A stretch of DNA of 64,000 nt from Bacilli bacterium (lineage in GTDB: Bacteria; Bacillota_I; Bacilli_A; ML615J-28; CAG-313), in the NCBI GenBank assembly GCA_017411715.1, contig JAFQPO010000008.1, positions 2,013 through 66,012 of the forward strand. Reading direction: 5' to 3'. Below are positions 30,760-41,865 of this stretch, one piece after another. Below the pieces are notes generated by a model. It searched no databases. It saw nothing but the letters and a program-made list of their open reading frames with translations, and was not told the DNA's origin. A program made the translations under genes and the position numbers. Each line of letters begins with the position of its first letter. The stretch's first letter is position 1.

Positions 30760-33700
30760 TTAAATTAATTTCATCTCTTCGACAATAATTTGTGCTTTTC
30801 TTGAACCTTCTTTATCAACTCTACCATATACTTGATAAACTTGATTAACACTTAAATTTGTGTTTTTAGCATATACTCTTGGGAATAATACTGCTTCAAT
30901 CTCACTAAAACTATCTTTTAATTTAATGATGCACATCCATTCTCCTTTAGATGTTTGGACATCTTTTTTGGATTTAATGATTCCTAAAGTATTAATATTT
31001 GTCCCAACTTTTGCTTGATTAATTTTAAGTAGTTTCTTTGTTTCATATAAGCTTTCATATTGATGAAGAAAATTATAAACAATATTAATTCCTAAAACAG
31101 ATTTCTCTTTTTCTAATAAATATCCATATGGATATTCTTCAGTTGTATATTCAGTCTCTAATAGTCCACTAATAAAAGCATATTTACTTTTATTAATGAT
31201 ACTGCCAATAGATTCAACCATCGCTTTTTTAGTTAAGCCAAAACAATCTAAAGCTCCACTATAAATTATATTTTCTAAAACGCTCCCTGAGAAAATATCT
31301 TTTGTCTTAATAACAAAGTCTTCATAGTCTTTAAATTTATCATTAGCTCTTATTTCTAAAAATTCATGTTGTTTATTACTTCCTACACCTAGTATAACTG
31401 ATAGCGGTAAATAAACTATGTTTTCTTTAATAACACATTCATATCCACTAATATTAACATGTGGTGGCATTAATTTAACACGATGTTTTTGCATCTCTTT
31501 TAAATATGTCTCCATCATTGAATCAGCACCAATTACACTTGATGTTAATATACAAAAATAATATGCTGGATAATGACATTTTAAATATGCAGTAAGATAA
31601 GCAACTACCGCATATGAAACCGCATGGGCTTTATTAAATCCATAATTAGCAAATTTAACAATGTAATCATATATTTCAGTCGCAGTTTCTTCTGAATATC
31701 CTTTTTTAATAGAATGTTCTATAAAACGAACTCTTTCTTTTTCCAATACTTCTTTTTTCTTTTTTGATACAGCTCTTCTTAATATATCCGCCTCACCCAA
31801 TGTGTACCCCGCAAATTTCCATGCGATTAAGATGATTTGGTCTTGATAAACGATAGTCCCATAAGTAGAACGCAAAATTGGTTCTAAATCTTTATGAGGA
31901 TAAGTGACTACCTCAAGATTTAGCTTACGCTTAACAAAGGTTGGAATAATTTCCATTGGTCCTGGTCTATAAAGAGCTATCGCACTAGCCACATCTGTAA
32001 AACTAGAAACTTTTAAGTCTTGTAATACTTTACGCATTCCATCTGATTCAAGTTGGAATACACCAAGTGTTTCCCCACTGGCAATCATTTTAAAGGTTTC
32101 TTGATCATCAAAATTTTTAGGTAAAGTAAATGTAGGATAATCTTGTTTAATTAAATCAACACACTTTTTAATGATTGATAAGTTACGAAGACCCAAAAAG
32201 TCAGTTTTTAAAATACCTAATTTTTCTAAATCACTTGCTTCGTATTGAGTTTGATAAATTTCATTTAATCCTTTATCAATAGGAACATAATTTGTTAAAT
32301 CATGTTCAGTCATCACAATCCCCGCTGCGTGAGTTGAAGTATTACGAGGTAAACCTTCAAGTTTTAAAGATATCTCAACAACTTTTTTAATATCATCATG
32401 ATTATTACATAAATCAATTAAATCTTCACTCGTTTCATATATCTTAGCTAAAGTATCTGAATAACTAGCTTTATTATCGGAAATACACTTTTGAAGATTT
32501 TTTAATTTAACTTCACTTAATTTTAATACTTTAGCGACATCCCTAACTGATGATTTAGCAGCTAGTGTTCCAAATGTAACAATATGGGCAACATGATTTT
32601 TACCATATTTTTGTCCAACATATTTAATAACTTCATCTCTTCTATCATCAGGGAAGTCAATATCGATATCAGGCATTGTGATTCTTTCACAGTTTAGGAA
32701 ACGTTCAAACAATAATTGGTGTTTAATTGGATCAATGTCAGTAATACCTAATGTATAACTAACAAGTGATGCTGGAGCAGAACCTCTACCTGGCCCTACA
32801 TAAATGCCATTTGTTTTAGCATATTTAACAAAATCCCAAACTATTAAGAAATAATCATCAAAGCCCATTTTATGAATAGTTTCTAATTCATATACTAATC
32901 TTTGTTCATATTTTTGAACATTTTCAATCTTTTCTATTTTTATTCTTTTCGCAAGTCCTTTGTAACACAATTCTTTTAATAAACTAAATGCGTCAATTTC
33001 ACTACTATATTTGGGCATATGATAGTGGTCGAAATCTAATGTAACATTCATGTCTTTAGAAAAATTATATGTTGCTTCAAGTAACTCTTGATTCATTTTT
33101 GATAATACACTAGGGTTTATCAAATAATTATCAATAGTATATTGATTATCTAATTGATAATTATCTTTAATTGCTTTTAATACTTGTAATGCTTCTTTAT
33201 CATCACTATTAATATAAGTTATTTTATCAGTAAGTATTTTATTTAAATTTACTTGTCTAACAAAATTATCAATTAAACTAATAAGTTCATTATTTTCACA
33301 ATTACTAATAACCCCCGCATATACAAAAGGCGTGATTAGTTTTAAATGATCAATAATTCCAAGCATTACAGTATAAGTCATTTTATAATTTACATCATCA
33401 ATAAATGTTGATGACCAAGCGGGTTCATAAAACGGAATTACTATTTTTAAACTTGATGCTAGATTACTAAGTGTTGAATATGATACGTGGTCATTATTAA
33501 TTTTTGACGCACTCGCAAGTCTCATTAAATTTAGATAACCAAAATTATCTTTTGCGTAAAGATAAATTGGTACAACTTGTTCATTGATATCCACACTTAT
33601 TTCAAGCCCAATAATTGGCTTAATATTATTTGCTAAACATTCTTCATAAAACTTAACTACACCATGCATATTACCAATATCAGTCATAGCAAGGGCAGAA

Positions 33701-33810
33701 TAACCTAAATTAGCAGCTTTCGCAACTATTTTCTTAATAGAACACATTGATTCTAACATCGAATATTCAGTTTTAATATTTAGTGCGCAAAATTGCATAT
33801 TATCACCCAC
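30760..33810 (-). CDS. dnaE: DNA polymerase III alpha subunit DnaE (short form)
   Basis: 1016 aa with a PHP domain N-terminus, a polymerase core (GLLK.DFLGL, active-site region) and an OB-fold C-terminus. Confidence 0.95.
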   Translation of the reverse strand: MGDNMQFCALNIKTEYSMLESMCSIKKIVAKAANLGYSALAMTDIGNMHGVVKFYEECLANNIKPIIGLEISVDINEQVVPIYLYAKDNFGYLNLMRLASASKINNDHVSYSTLSNLASSLKIVIPFYEPAWSSTFIDDVNYKMTYTVMLGIIDHLKLITPFVYAGVISNCENNELISLIDNFVRQVNLNKILTDKITYINSDDKEALQVLKAIKDNYQLDNQYTIDNYLINPSVLSKMNQELLEATYNFSKDMNVTLDFDHYHMPKYSSEIDAFSLLKELCYKGLAKRIKIEKIENVQKYEQRLVYELETIHKMGFDDYFLIVWDFVKYAKTNGIYVGPGRGSAPASLVSYTLGITDIDPIKHQLLFERFLNCERITMPDIDIDFPDDRRDEVIKYVGQKYGKNHVAHIVTFGTLAAKSSVRDVAKVLKLSEVKLKNLQKCISDNKASYSDTLAKIYETSEDLIDLCNNHDDIKKVVEISLKLEGLPRNTSTHAAGIVMTEHDLTNYVPIDKGLNEIYQTQYEASDLEKLGILKTDFLGLRNLSIIKKCVDLIKQDYPTFTLPKNFDDQETFKMIASGETLGVFQLESDGMRKVLQDLKVSSFTDVASAIALYRPGPMEIIPTFVKRKLNLEVVTYPHKDLEPILRSTYGTIVYQDQIILIAWKFAGYTLGEADILRRAVSKKKKEVLEKERVRFIEHSIKKGYSEETATEIYDYIVKFANYGFNKAHAVSYAVVAYLTAYLKCHYPAYYFCILTSSVIGADSMMETYLKEMQKHRVKLMPPHVNISGYECVIKENIVYLPLSVILGVGSNKQHEFLEIRANDKFKDYEDFVIKTKDIFSGSVLENIIYSGALDCFGLTKKAMVESIGSIINKSKYAFISGLLETEYTTEEYPYGYLLEKEKSVLGINIVYNFLHQYESLYETKKLLKINQAKVGTNINTLGIIKSKKDVQTSKGEWMCIIKLKDSFSEIEAVLFPRVYAKNTNLSVNQVYQVYGRVDKEGSRKAQIIVEEMKLI

Positions 33811-33855
33811 TTTACTTTATTATACCAAATATTTCTAGTTTTAGCAAGACATAAG

Positions 33856-33892
33856 TCAAAAAAATCCAGAAACCTATTTTCTGGATTTTCAA
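33856..33892. terminator. Bidirectional terminator between hemW-like gene and dnaE
   Basis: Stem aaatccagaaa/tttctggattt with a 5-nt loop, flanked by A-run and T-run. Confidence 0.6.
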
Positions 33893-33893
33893 T

Positions 33894-35189
33894 TTATAAT
33901 CGCATTTCATCTGGAAATGCTTCTAGTCTTAGAATATGCCACATCTTATCAATGTAAGCAGTAGTATATGCTTGTTCAATCAAATGATAAAAATATGCGC
34001 CTTTTCTTGTTAAAATATATTCTTCTTTAGTTTCTTTAACATATCCTAATATCTTAGCACACATTAATTCAAAACCATACATTTTCTTTAAACTAACACC
34101 AAAAAAATCATAAAATTCTTTTTTAGAAATTCTTGTCCCATATGTTTTCCAAAACAAATAATATACCATTCTTTGGCGTCTTGTAAAATCTATTGTTAAA
34201 GATGTTGGTAAATTTTCTTCATTGATTCTTTTAATATATTCTTCTGAAGAAAAAGTATTAACTTTAAATGAATTTTTTAAAAGACTAACACTTGATAATC
34301 CAAAACCTAAATAATTATCTCTTGTAATAGATGAATATTTATTAGTATTCTTCACTCCAAATGTCCATACCGATGTACGATCTAAATCGTGTTCATTAAC
34401 ATAGTCAATGATTGTATTTAACATTTGCTTTTTAGTTTTCTTGTCAAGTGGCTTATATTCATTATTAGCGAAAGTAAAGTCAATAAAAGGATATGTTGAA
34501 ATTTGAGTTGCGCCATAATTAAATGCGGTTTCAACATCTTTAATTAAACTTTCTTTTGTTTGCTTAGGGACTGCGAATATTAAATCCATATCCACTGTAC
34601 TAAATTTAACTTCTTTTAAACTATTAAAGATTGTTTGATGAATTACTTCAATTTCATCTTTATTACGGCCAAGTGATGTAAGCGAATCAATATCAAATGA
34701 TTGAATACCAATGCTAATCATTGTAAAACCAATTGCTTTTAATTTCTTTAAAAGCTCTGTATTTATATCACGTGGATGTAATTCAATTCCTATATCACCT
34801 AAAATTGTAAAATGTTCTTTTAGTTTATTAATTATTCTTTCTAAATCATTTACAACAAGCGATGGAGTTCCGCCTCCAAAATATAAGCTAGTAACTTCTT
34901 TCTTTGAATGATTTTTAGTAACTAAGTCAATTTCTTTTAATAATGCAACAACATATTCTTTTGCTTTGATTTCATTATATTTCATTTTACAGTAAGGACA
35001 AAAGCTACATATTTTCTCACAGAAAGGAATATGAACATACAATCCTAAATTAACTTCGTCATCATAATCAATAATGTTTTGATATTTAGATGTAAAAATA
35101 AATGGTTTAAAGCTTCTTGTTAAAATAGTAGTCATTGTTTTGATTAATAACTTATTCATTTCTATCACCACTATTATTTTAACATACAT
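33894..35189 (-). CDS. hemW: Radical SAM protein, HemW/HemN-like (coproporphyrinogen-III oxidase family, probable heme chaperone)
   Basis: Contains the CxxxCxxC motif CEKICSFCPYC and HemN-like downstream regions. The true start is likely an internal Met. Confidence 0.7.
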   Translation of the reverse strand: MYVKIIVVIEMNKLLIKTMTTILTRSFKPFIFTSKYQNIIDYDDEVNLGLYVHIPFCEKICSFCPYCKMKYNEIKAKEYVVALLKEIDLVTKNHSKKEVTSLYFGGGTPSLVVNDLERIINKLKEHFTILGDIGIELHPRDINTELLKKLKAIGFTMISIGIQSFDIDSLTSLGRNKDEIEVIHQTIFNSLKEVKFSTVDMDLIFAVPKQTKESLIKDVETAFNYGATQISTYPFIDFTFANNEYKPLDKKTKKQMLNTIIDYVNEHDLDRTSVWTFGVKNTNKYSSITRDNYLGFGLSSVSLLKNSFKVNTFSSEEYIKRINEENLPTSLTIDFTRRQRMVYYLFWKTYGTRISKKEFYDFFGVSLKKMYGFELMCAKILGYVKETKEEYILTRKGAYFYHLIEQAYTTAYIDKMWHILRLEAFPDEMRL

Positions 35190-35204
35190 ATATTTTTATA
35201 GCAA

Positions 35205-37475
35205 CTAATTCATCAATTTCTTTTTCCTTCTTTTTAAATAAACAATTAAGACACCAGCCGATGCTATAACTAAAGTTAAACATCCAGCTATTATTATTCT
35301 TTTATAGTTGAATGTCTGTTGATATTTACTGCTTAAATCAACATTATCAACTATCATTGATTGATGTTTTAATCTTGTTGTGTCGGTATACATTTTAGTG
35401 TTTATAAGATTCACTGTGCCATTATTGTATTGCACTTCTACAGAAAGAAGTTTAATTGATTTTTTATTTATAGTTCCTTCATAACTAAAATATTCATAAC
35501 TTCTAATTTGATTATCTCCTAATTGATAATTAAGATATCCTTTAATTGTATATAGTTTGAGGGGATTAATATTTTCTAATTTAATTTCTCTTGACCCTTC
35601 ATATATGTTATATTCTTCAATTAATCTTGTACCGTCAAAGATTTTGAAACTTACATTAACAATTGAATTATCATAATCACTAACATCCATCTTTAAATTC
35701 AAGATACTATCATATTCTTCAAATATTTCAATTGAAGGAGCTTGTTTTAATACATTAACTTTAATGTTTTGATTTATTTGATATTCTATTTCATTAATAA
35801 TTAATTTTTGAAAATTAATACTTTTTAAACCATAGTTTGTATATGCTGGTAAAGTTAAAATGAACTTATTCTCTTCATCCTTTGTTACTTGATATTCTTT
35901 ATCATCAACAAATACAACCATACTTGATTCAACATTTTCCATTTTTTCTAAATAACTGGTTAAATCAATTACAATATTATTTCCCTTCATTATTTGCAAG
36001 TTACTATCAAAATCTATGAATGTTGGACCTTTATAATCTTTAACTATATAAAAAGTATACACCTCAGTATTACCTAAATTATTTCTTAATTCTAATTTAT
36101 GTTCTCCTTCACTATTAACAATATGGCCATTTAAAACAGAATTTCCATCTAATGTCGCATATCCTGTAAATGATAGTAGTAATTCATCATTATAGATTCC
36201 TCCATCAAAAACATTAGTATAAGTCTCAATGATTAACTCACTATCAACATTACATGTTTGTCCATTATTAAATACTACATTGTAAGTAACTTGGTATTCA
36301 CCGCTAATTTGTTTATTAAAAAATGGATCAACCTTTTGAATTTTAACAGATGCATCTGTAAAAAGTGATGCAACACTAATGTATGATGAATGATTGAATT
36401 CTTCCAAAATATTAAAATCGCTATTTTCTTTTTGAATATTAATTGTCTTATTATAATCAATGTGATATTCAAAATAAGTTAGTTCTTTAATTGATGTTCC
36501 TATTTGTAAAACAACTTTTAAGTAACCATTATCTAAATTGGTTTTTAAATAAGTATATGTTGGATAAAGAAAATATGTTAATTTATTTGATTCAAGCATC
36601 AAATTAGAGTCTTTAATTCCAACTTCTATAAATGATAAATTGTCACTAATTAAATAAGTTTTATCCTCTACATATGGTTTATTGTAGAGACAACTAATAT
36701 TTATGTAATCATACAAATAGTAATTAACACTAACTTTATTGGTTACACCAATTATTAATCCTTTAGGAGTTTGTCTAAAATATGCAGGTATTTCTTCTTT
36801 ACTTAAAAGGTTAAAATAATAACTATTAACTAACTTCCCATACTCATCTATTACTGATAAAAATGTTTTACTTTCTCCATATGATCCAACCTTAGAAAAT
36901 AAATCACCAAGAGTTGCATCTTTTGTACCTAATACATAAATCATATCTTTTACTACTATAACATCATTAAATGATTGATTACCCGTACATTCATAAATGT
37001 AATAAGAATATAAATTTAACATGCGATCATACCTATATAAACAAGCATCATTATTATTCTCACCTACTACTATGATACCATCTTTAAATAAAGATAATTT
37101 ATGCGGGATATATGTTAACACAATATTCTTAGTCCCTTTTTGATTGGGGTCAATTAAAAATAGTTTATATTTTCCATCTTCCTTAGTAATTAAATATATT
37201 TCACTTTCACTTAAGATTAAACTATCAATATAGTTGCCTTTAGTACTAATGATTGTTTCTTCGCCTAATAAAACTTTAATAACTTCGTTTATTTCAATTA
37301 CACTAACTCTACCTTCATAATTGTGCATGATAATCGTTTCGCTACTATGGAATAAAACTTTTTCATCATAATCAAGTTTTGTTTCTTCTGCCTTACTATA
37401 AATACCACTACTTAGAGTATTCATAATAATTATAGTAAAAATTAAACATACTAATATTTGATAAAATCTCTTCAT
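35205..37475 (-). CDS. Large secreted protein with C-terminal TM anchor (N/Y-rich, Ig-like motifs), unknown function
   Basis: 756 aa with an N-terminal signal peptide and a C-terminal hydrophobic helix plus KRRKKK tail. It shares motifs GEYQVTY and LNGHIVNSEGEHKLEL with the neighbouring 638-aa protein. Confidence 0.55.
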   Translation of the reverse strand: MKRFYQILVCLIFTIIIMNTLSSGIYSKAEETKLDYDEKVLFHSSETIIMHNYEGRVSVIEINEVIKVLLGEETIISTKGNYIDSLILSESEIYLITKEDGKYKLFLIDPNQKGTKNIVLTYIPHKLSLFKDGIIVVGENNNDACLYRYDRMLNLYSYYIYECTGNQSFNDVIVVKDMIYVLGTKDATLGDLFSKVGSYGESKTFLSVIDEYGKLVNSYYFNLLSKEEIPAYFRQTPKGLIIGVTNKVSVNYYLYDYINISCLYNKPYVEDKTYLISDNLSFIEVGIKDSNLMLESNKLTYFLYPTYTYLKTNLDNGYLKVVLQIGTSIKELTYFEYHIDYNKTINIQKENSDFNILEEFNHSSYISVASLFTDASVKIQKVDPFFNKQISGEYQVTYNVVFNNGQTCNVDSELIIETYTNVFDGGIYNDELLLSFTGYATLDGNSVLNGHIVNSEGEHKLELRNNLGNTEVYTFYIVKDYKGPTFIDFDSNLQIMKGNNIVIDLTSYLEKMENVESSMVVFVDDKEYQVTKDEENKFILTLPAYTNYGLKSINFQKLIINEIEYQINQNIKVNVLKQAPSIEIFEEYDSILNLKMDVSDYDNSIVNVSFKIFDGTRLIEEYNIYEGSREIKLENINPLKLYTIKGYLNYQLGDNQIRSYEYFSYEGTINKKSIKLLSVEVQYNNGTVNLINTKMYTDTTRLKHQSMIVDNVDLSSKYQQTFNYKRIIIAGCLTLVIASAGVLIVYLKRRKKKLMN

Positions 37476-37476
37476 A

Positions 37477-39393
37477 TTACTCCTTTCTTAAAGCGATTGT
37501 AATCGCTACACCTGCCGCAAGTACTGGCATAATGTAAAAAAGCACTGTGCTATCAAAGTTTTTCTTCTTTACTGGTTGGTCATTTAAATTCAAATTAGAA
37601 TTGATTTTAGTTGTATCTTGGTCAAAATTTTTGTCATTTTCTTCTAATTCCAAAAAATTAGTTAAATGATTTTTTCCTTCTTCGATTGGTGTATTACAAC
37701 ATGATAAATTAGAAACAGTAAACTTTATTGTCTTTATTTCATTGATGCCTTTAACCATCAACTCATATTCACCTGCATCATCTATGACATGTCCATTTTC
37801 AATATATACACCATTTAAAGATGCGGTACCATTAGGGAATAATTGTACTCCTACATCATAAATTTTCCCTTCTTCAACCCCTGAAAAATATGGTACATAA
37901 ACCGTAATATCTTGTAAATATTGAAGCTTATCATTTAAATAATAAGTTCTTTTATAACTGCCAAATGAAGAAAAATTATTTTGTTCTTCCTCTTTTATCC
38001 TTATATGATGTTCTTTATAATTACACTCAATTATGTTATTATTAAGATCATCATAAATGATAGTATTGTCTATTCTACTAGGAAAATAAAGATAATCAAA
38101 CGTTTTAAAAGATAGTTCTAGATCAGGATTACAAGTAATTATATTAGGTGAAGAAGTATTTGTAAACTGCAATTGTTCTGAGGTAAAATCTAAATTTTTA
38201 CTTATTACAACTTCATTATTTTCTCTTTTTTTCAACTGATAATAACTATCCCCATTTTGTTTATCAATTAACAAATAAGCAAGTTTTTCTTCGTTGATAA
38301 ATACATCAACTAACTTTTTTTGACTATCATAATATTTATCAATCTCAATAACATTCATTTCATCATCCATTTGATAGACTACTTGTTCATAATCTAGATA
38401 AGAATAATTGTAAACATTCATCAAAAAACAAACATTATTATTATTAACTTTTTTAATATATTGGGCATCATACAAACAATTCATTTGAGTTTCTTGATGA
38501 AGATTACCAAATATATCAATCTTACAAATGGCATAATTTTCATTTGTTTTTCTTAAAGCATACAAATAATTATCTTTAGTATATAAATCAATAAACTCAT
38601 CATCTCCCTCTTTTGAATATATAAAGAAGTTTTTCAAATCATACGTATACGCATCATATACCGCAATAAATGAGTCTTTTTCTTTAGTTTTGTCATCAAT
38701 TGAGTAACCACTAATGACTAAGTTATTTTTTATCAAAATTGCACTTTCCGCGATATCATTTCTTGGATCATTATATTTATATGTCCCCATAATTTGGTTA
38801 TTCAATTTTCTAATATATAATTCAAAGTCTAAATTTCCATTAAAGTTATTTGGACCAGTAACGATAGAAATCATTTCATCTTTTAATGGATTATATATAA
38901 CATCAACAATACTTTGTTTTTGTAGATGCAAAGCAAAATAACTTGTATCTAATTTATCATCTTTAATATAAAATAAATATAAACTTTGAGTATTTGTTGA
39001 TTTATGTGTAGCCTTAGTTGTAACAATATAATCATCTTCTGTAACATTAGTTGATGATATTAATTCAAATTGATACAAGTGATTCAGTTTAGAATCAATT
39101 GTTTTTTGTTCTACAAAGAATGTTTGATCCTCACTTTCTACAACCACCTTTTTAACTAATTGTGTGTTTGTTTCTAAACTTTCATATACAACTTGATATT
39201 CTCCAATTACATTACTGTCTACATTATTTTCAATTATTTTATAACCCGGATATTCAAGCTTATTTGAAAGATTTGTTCCTTGTCTAACAATTAATGTTTT
39301 GGTAATATCTGTATCATCAAAAGCAAAAACATTTGGCATCATAAATGACATTACTAAAACAAACATTAATAAAAATATACTAATTTTTTTCAT
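37477..39393 (-). CDS. Large secreted protein with C-terminal TM anchor, paralog of the 756-aa neighbour
   Basis: 638 aa with signal peptide (cleavage AFA/FDD) and C-terminal TM anchor (VLFYIMPVLAAGVAITIALRKE). It has motifs GEYQVVY and LNGVYIENGHVIDDAGEYELMV. There is a 1-nt gap to the downstream gene. Confidence 0.55.
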   Translation of the reverse strand: MKKISIFLLMFVLVMSFMMPNVFAFDDTDITKTLIVRQGTNLSNKLEYPGYKIIENNVDSNVIGEYQVVYESLETNTQLVKKVVVESEDQTFFVEQKTIDSKLNHLYQFELISSTNVTEDDYIVTTKATHKSTNTQSLYLFYIKDDKLDTSYFALHLQKQSIVDVIYNPLKDEMISIVTGPNNFNGNLDFELYIRKLNNQIMGTYKYNDPRNDIAESAILIKNNLVISGYSIDDKTKEKDSFIAVYDAYTYDLKNFFIYSKEGDDEFIDLYTKDNYLYALRKTNENYAICKIDIFGNLHQETQMNCLYDAQYIKKVNNNNVCFLMNVYNYSYLDYEQVVYQMDDEMNVIEIDKYYDSQKKLVDVFINEEKLAYLLIDKQNGDSYYQLKKRENNEVVISKNLDFTSEQLQFTNTSSPNIITCNPDLELSFKTFDYLYFPSRIDNTIIYDDLNNNIIECNYKEHHIRIKEEEQNNFSSFGSYKRTYYLNDKLQYLQDITVYVPYFSGVEEGKIYDVGVQLFPNGTASLNGVYIENGHVIDDAGEYELMVKGINEIKTIKFTVSNLSCCNTPIEEGKNHLTNFLELEENDKNFDQDTTKINSNLNLNDQPVKKKNFDSTVLFYIMPVLAAGVAITIALRKE

Positions 39394-39471
39394 AGTTCAC
39401 CTTCTTTCGACTTCAATAATACGCACTAAAAGACGTTTTTACTCTTTCGAAATTAGGTTATTTAGGACATT

Positions 39472-39508
39472 AAAAAAAGCTATTTTGTCTAAAATAGCTT
39501 CATTTTTT
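39472..39508 (-). terminator. Terminator of the methyltransferase/ytfP operon
   Basis: Stem aagctatttt/aaaatagctt with loop gtct, flanked by A7 and T6 runs. Confidence 0.55.
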
Positions 39509-39516
39509 ATAAATTT

Positions 39517-40509
39517 TTATTTTTCATTTAAGCACTCTTTTATGCTTTCTAATACTTGAATAAAATTGTTACTATCACTAAGAGGTGGTAATACAAAAAT
39601 GTTAGATGATGCTTGATGAGTAGTGTTTTGGCCACTAGATTTTCCTAACACTAACACACTTTTAGCAGGACCTAGAAAGAATGAACTTGGTAAGATAACT
39701 AGCGCTTTAATATGTCCTTTAGAAAATAACATTTTTTTGAATAAATCATTTTTTTCTTGGGTGAAAAAATCATTATCAATTAAGAAAAAGTATAATGTTT
39801 CATCATCACCAAATTCTAAATATTTCTCAATTAATAAATATGGGAAATATTTTACTCCTTCCTTATATAATAAGGAATCATATCGAGAATCATTATAAAC
39901 GTATGTCGCAAGATCACTTACAATAACATCTACCACAGCTGGTTTCATTTCTAGGGCATCTTGATGATATACTTGAATATCTTTGTCAAGGATATTAGAT
40001 AAACTTTGAGAAAACATCGCTAAAAGATTGTTATTTTCAACCCCAATAATTGTTGTTTCTTGTTGCATATAATTATCTAATAAGAAAGCAAGATTTCCGC
40101 TTCCAAAGTTTGGATCTAATAAGGTTAGTTTATCATCTTTATCAAAACAAGATGAAATGATATCCGCAAATATAATACCAATTGCATCTGGTGTAATTAA
40201 ATCAAGTGAAAAATGAACTTGTTTAAAACCTTTAATAATTAGTAATAAAAGAGCTTTTCGAACTTCTTCTGAATTAAGCGATAACTTAGATAATTCCTCT
40301 AATCTATTTGTAACCTTTAATTGTTCATCTTCTTCTAAAAGACCTAAATGATGAGAATCAATATCTAAGAAAATATCAATCACATCAGTTAAAGCTGAAA
40401 CATAAGTAACACGTTCAACTTCTTTTTCAATTAACGCATCATAGTATGCCATTGTAGCTTCATCTAAAATATCAGAAAAGTCATTAATTAATTTATCATC
40501 TAATCTCAT
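39517..40509 (-). CDS. Class I SAM-dependent methyltransferase, YtxK-like (N6-adenine methylase fold without canonical NPPY)
   Basis: 330 aa with SAM motif I LDPNFGSGNL. There is no (D/N)PP(Y/F) motif IV. It overlaps the upstream flavoprotein gene by 4 nt. Confidence 0.6.
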   Translation of the reverse strand: MRLDDKLINDFSDILDEATMAYYDALIEKEVERVTYVSALTDVIDIFLDIDSHHLGLLEEDEQLKVTNRLEELSKLSLNSEEVRKALLLLIIKGFKQVHFSLDLITPDAIGIIFADIISSCFDKDDKLTLLDPNFGSGNLAFLLDNYMQQETTIIGVENNNLLAMFSQSLSNILDKDIQVYHQDALEMKPAVVDVIVSDLATYVYNDSRYDSLLYKEGVKYFPYLLIEKYLEFGDDETLYFFLIDNDFFTQEKNDLFKKMLFSKGHIKALVILPSSFFLGPAKSVLVLGKSSGQNTTHQASSNIFVLPPLSDSNNFIQVLESIKECLNEK

Positions 40510-41777
40510 ATTTCTAACACCTTAATACGATGTGCAATAGCGTTAGCCGCAACATAAGCACTTGACCATGCCCATTGTAAATTATATCCACCACATTCAC
40601 CATCAATATCGACAATTTCACCAATTGCATACATTTGTGGTTGTGCATGTAATTCTAAAGTTTCAACAACTAATTCTGAAGTATCAACTCCACCAATTGT
40701 GACTTGAGCTTTTTCAAATGGATATGAATCTTTTATTTCAAATACCATATTTTTAATCTCTGACACTAATTTTTGTAAATCACGAGTTGTAATGTCTTTG
40801 ATATAACCATTTAAATCAATTTTAGAACGTTTTAATAAATGCATTCCCACCATTCGGTGAAATAGGCCAATAAATAGTGATTCATTAGGGAATTCACCTA
40901 AACGTTTTATTCTTTCTTTTAATAATTCTAACACTTCATTATCTTTTTTATTAGGCATTAAATCAAGAGCACAATAGAAATGATTAGCTTTTTTGCATGC
41001 GGTATATCTTGCGACTTGTGTCATCATCTGCATTACAACAATTCCTGAAATACCATCTTTTTTAAATAGTACTTCGCCACTTTCTTTCCATATCATCATC
41101 TTATTGCGTTTATTATAAAGCTTAACTTCACATTTATTTCTAATACCTTCTAAACCTTTGACTTGAGCAGGATCAAATTTAGCTCCTACAAGTCCTGGAT
41201 ATAAATCTGTAATATGAACTTTAAATGGTTTCAATAAAGCATAACCACTACCATTAGAACCAAGAACTGGATCTGCTTTACCACCAGCTGCGACTACAAC
41301 GAAGTCAGCATTCATCTTAACACCACGTGTATTTTCAACGATAAATTCTTCACCATGTTTAGTAATTTTTTTAACTTCAAAATTACATCTTTCTACAACA
41401 CCTAATCTTTTACATTCAAGTCTTAAAGCATCTAATACAGCTGAAGCCATTTCACAAGATGGATACACACGACCTTCTGAATCAATACGTTCAATTATCC
41501 CTAAACGATTGAACTCACTAATTGTTTTATTATAATCAAATTGTTCAAAAATTGATTTAACAAAAGATGGATTATTGTATTTTTTAATTTGTAAATTTTT
41601 ATTAGTATAATTACAACGACCATTACCAGTAGCTAAGATCTTCTTACCTACTTTTTCTAATCTTTCTAAAATAACAACGTTTGCGGAATCTTCCACTAAA
41701 CGTTTAATATTTAAAGCACAGAACAGCCCTGCTGCTCCACCACCAATAACTACTACTTCTTTCATAATCCACCTCAT
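40506..41777 (-). CDS. NAD(P)/FAD-dependent oxidoreductase, HI0933/BaiN (YtfP) family
   Basis: 423 aa with an N-terminal dinucleotide fold VVVIGGGAAGLFCA. HI0933-family length and C-terminus. Confidence 0.85.
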   Translation of the reverse strand: MRWIMKEVVVIGGGAAGLFCALNIKRLVEDSANVVILERLEKVGKKILATGNGRCNYTNKNLQIKKYNNPSFVKSIFEQFDYNKTISEFNRLGIIERIDSEGRVYPSCEMASAVLDALRLECKRLGVVERCNFEVKKITKHGEEFIVENTRGVKMNADFVVVAAGGKADPVLGSNGSGYALLKPFKVHITDLYPGLVGAKFDPAQVKGLEGIRNKCEVKLYNKRNKMMIWKESGEVLFKKDGISGIVVMQMMTQVARYTACKKANHFYCALDLMPNKKDNEVLELLKERIKRLGEFPNESLFIGLFHRMVGMHLLKRSKIDLNGYIKDITTRDLQKLVSEIKNMVFEIKDSYPFEKAQVTIGGVDTSELVVETLELHAQPQMYAIGEIVDIDGECGGYNLQWAWSSAYVAANAIAHRIKVLEI

Positions 41778-41802
41778 AGCTTAATAATATACTCATTAAT
41801 TG

Positions 41803-41831
41803 ATTATACCATAAAAGATGATTTTTGTAAA
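41803..41831 (-). promoter_or_regulatory. Sigma-A-type promoter for the ytfP-like operon (TTTACA-17-TATAAT, TG-extended)
   Basis: Minus strand: TTTACA, a 17-nt spacer, tgGTATAAT, about 25 nt upstream of RBS GAGGTGG. Confidence 0.4.
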
Positions 41832-41865
41832 ATAAAAAGGCATAAGGAAGATTTTTGATACACAT

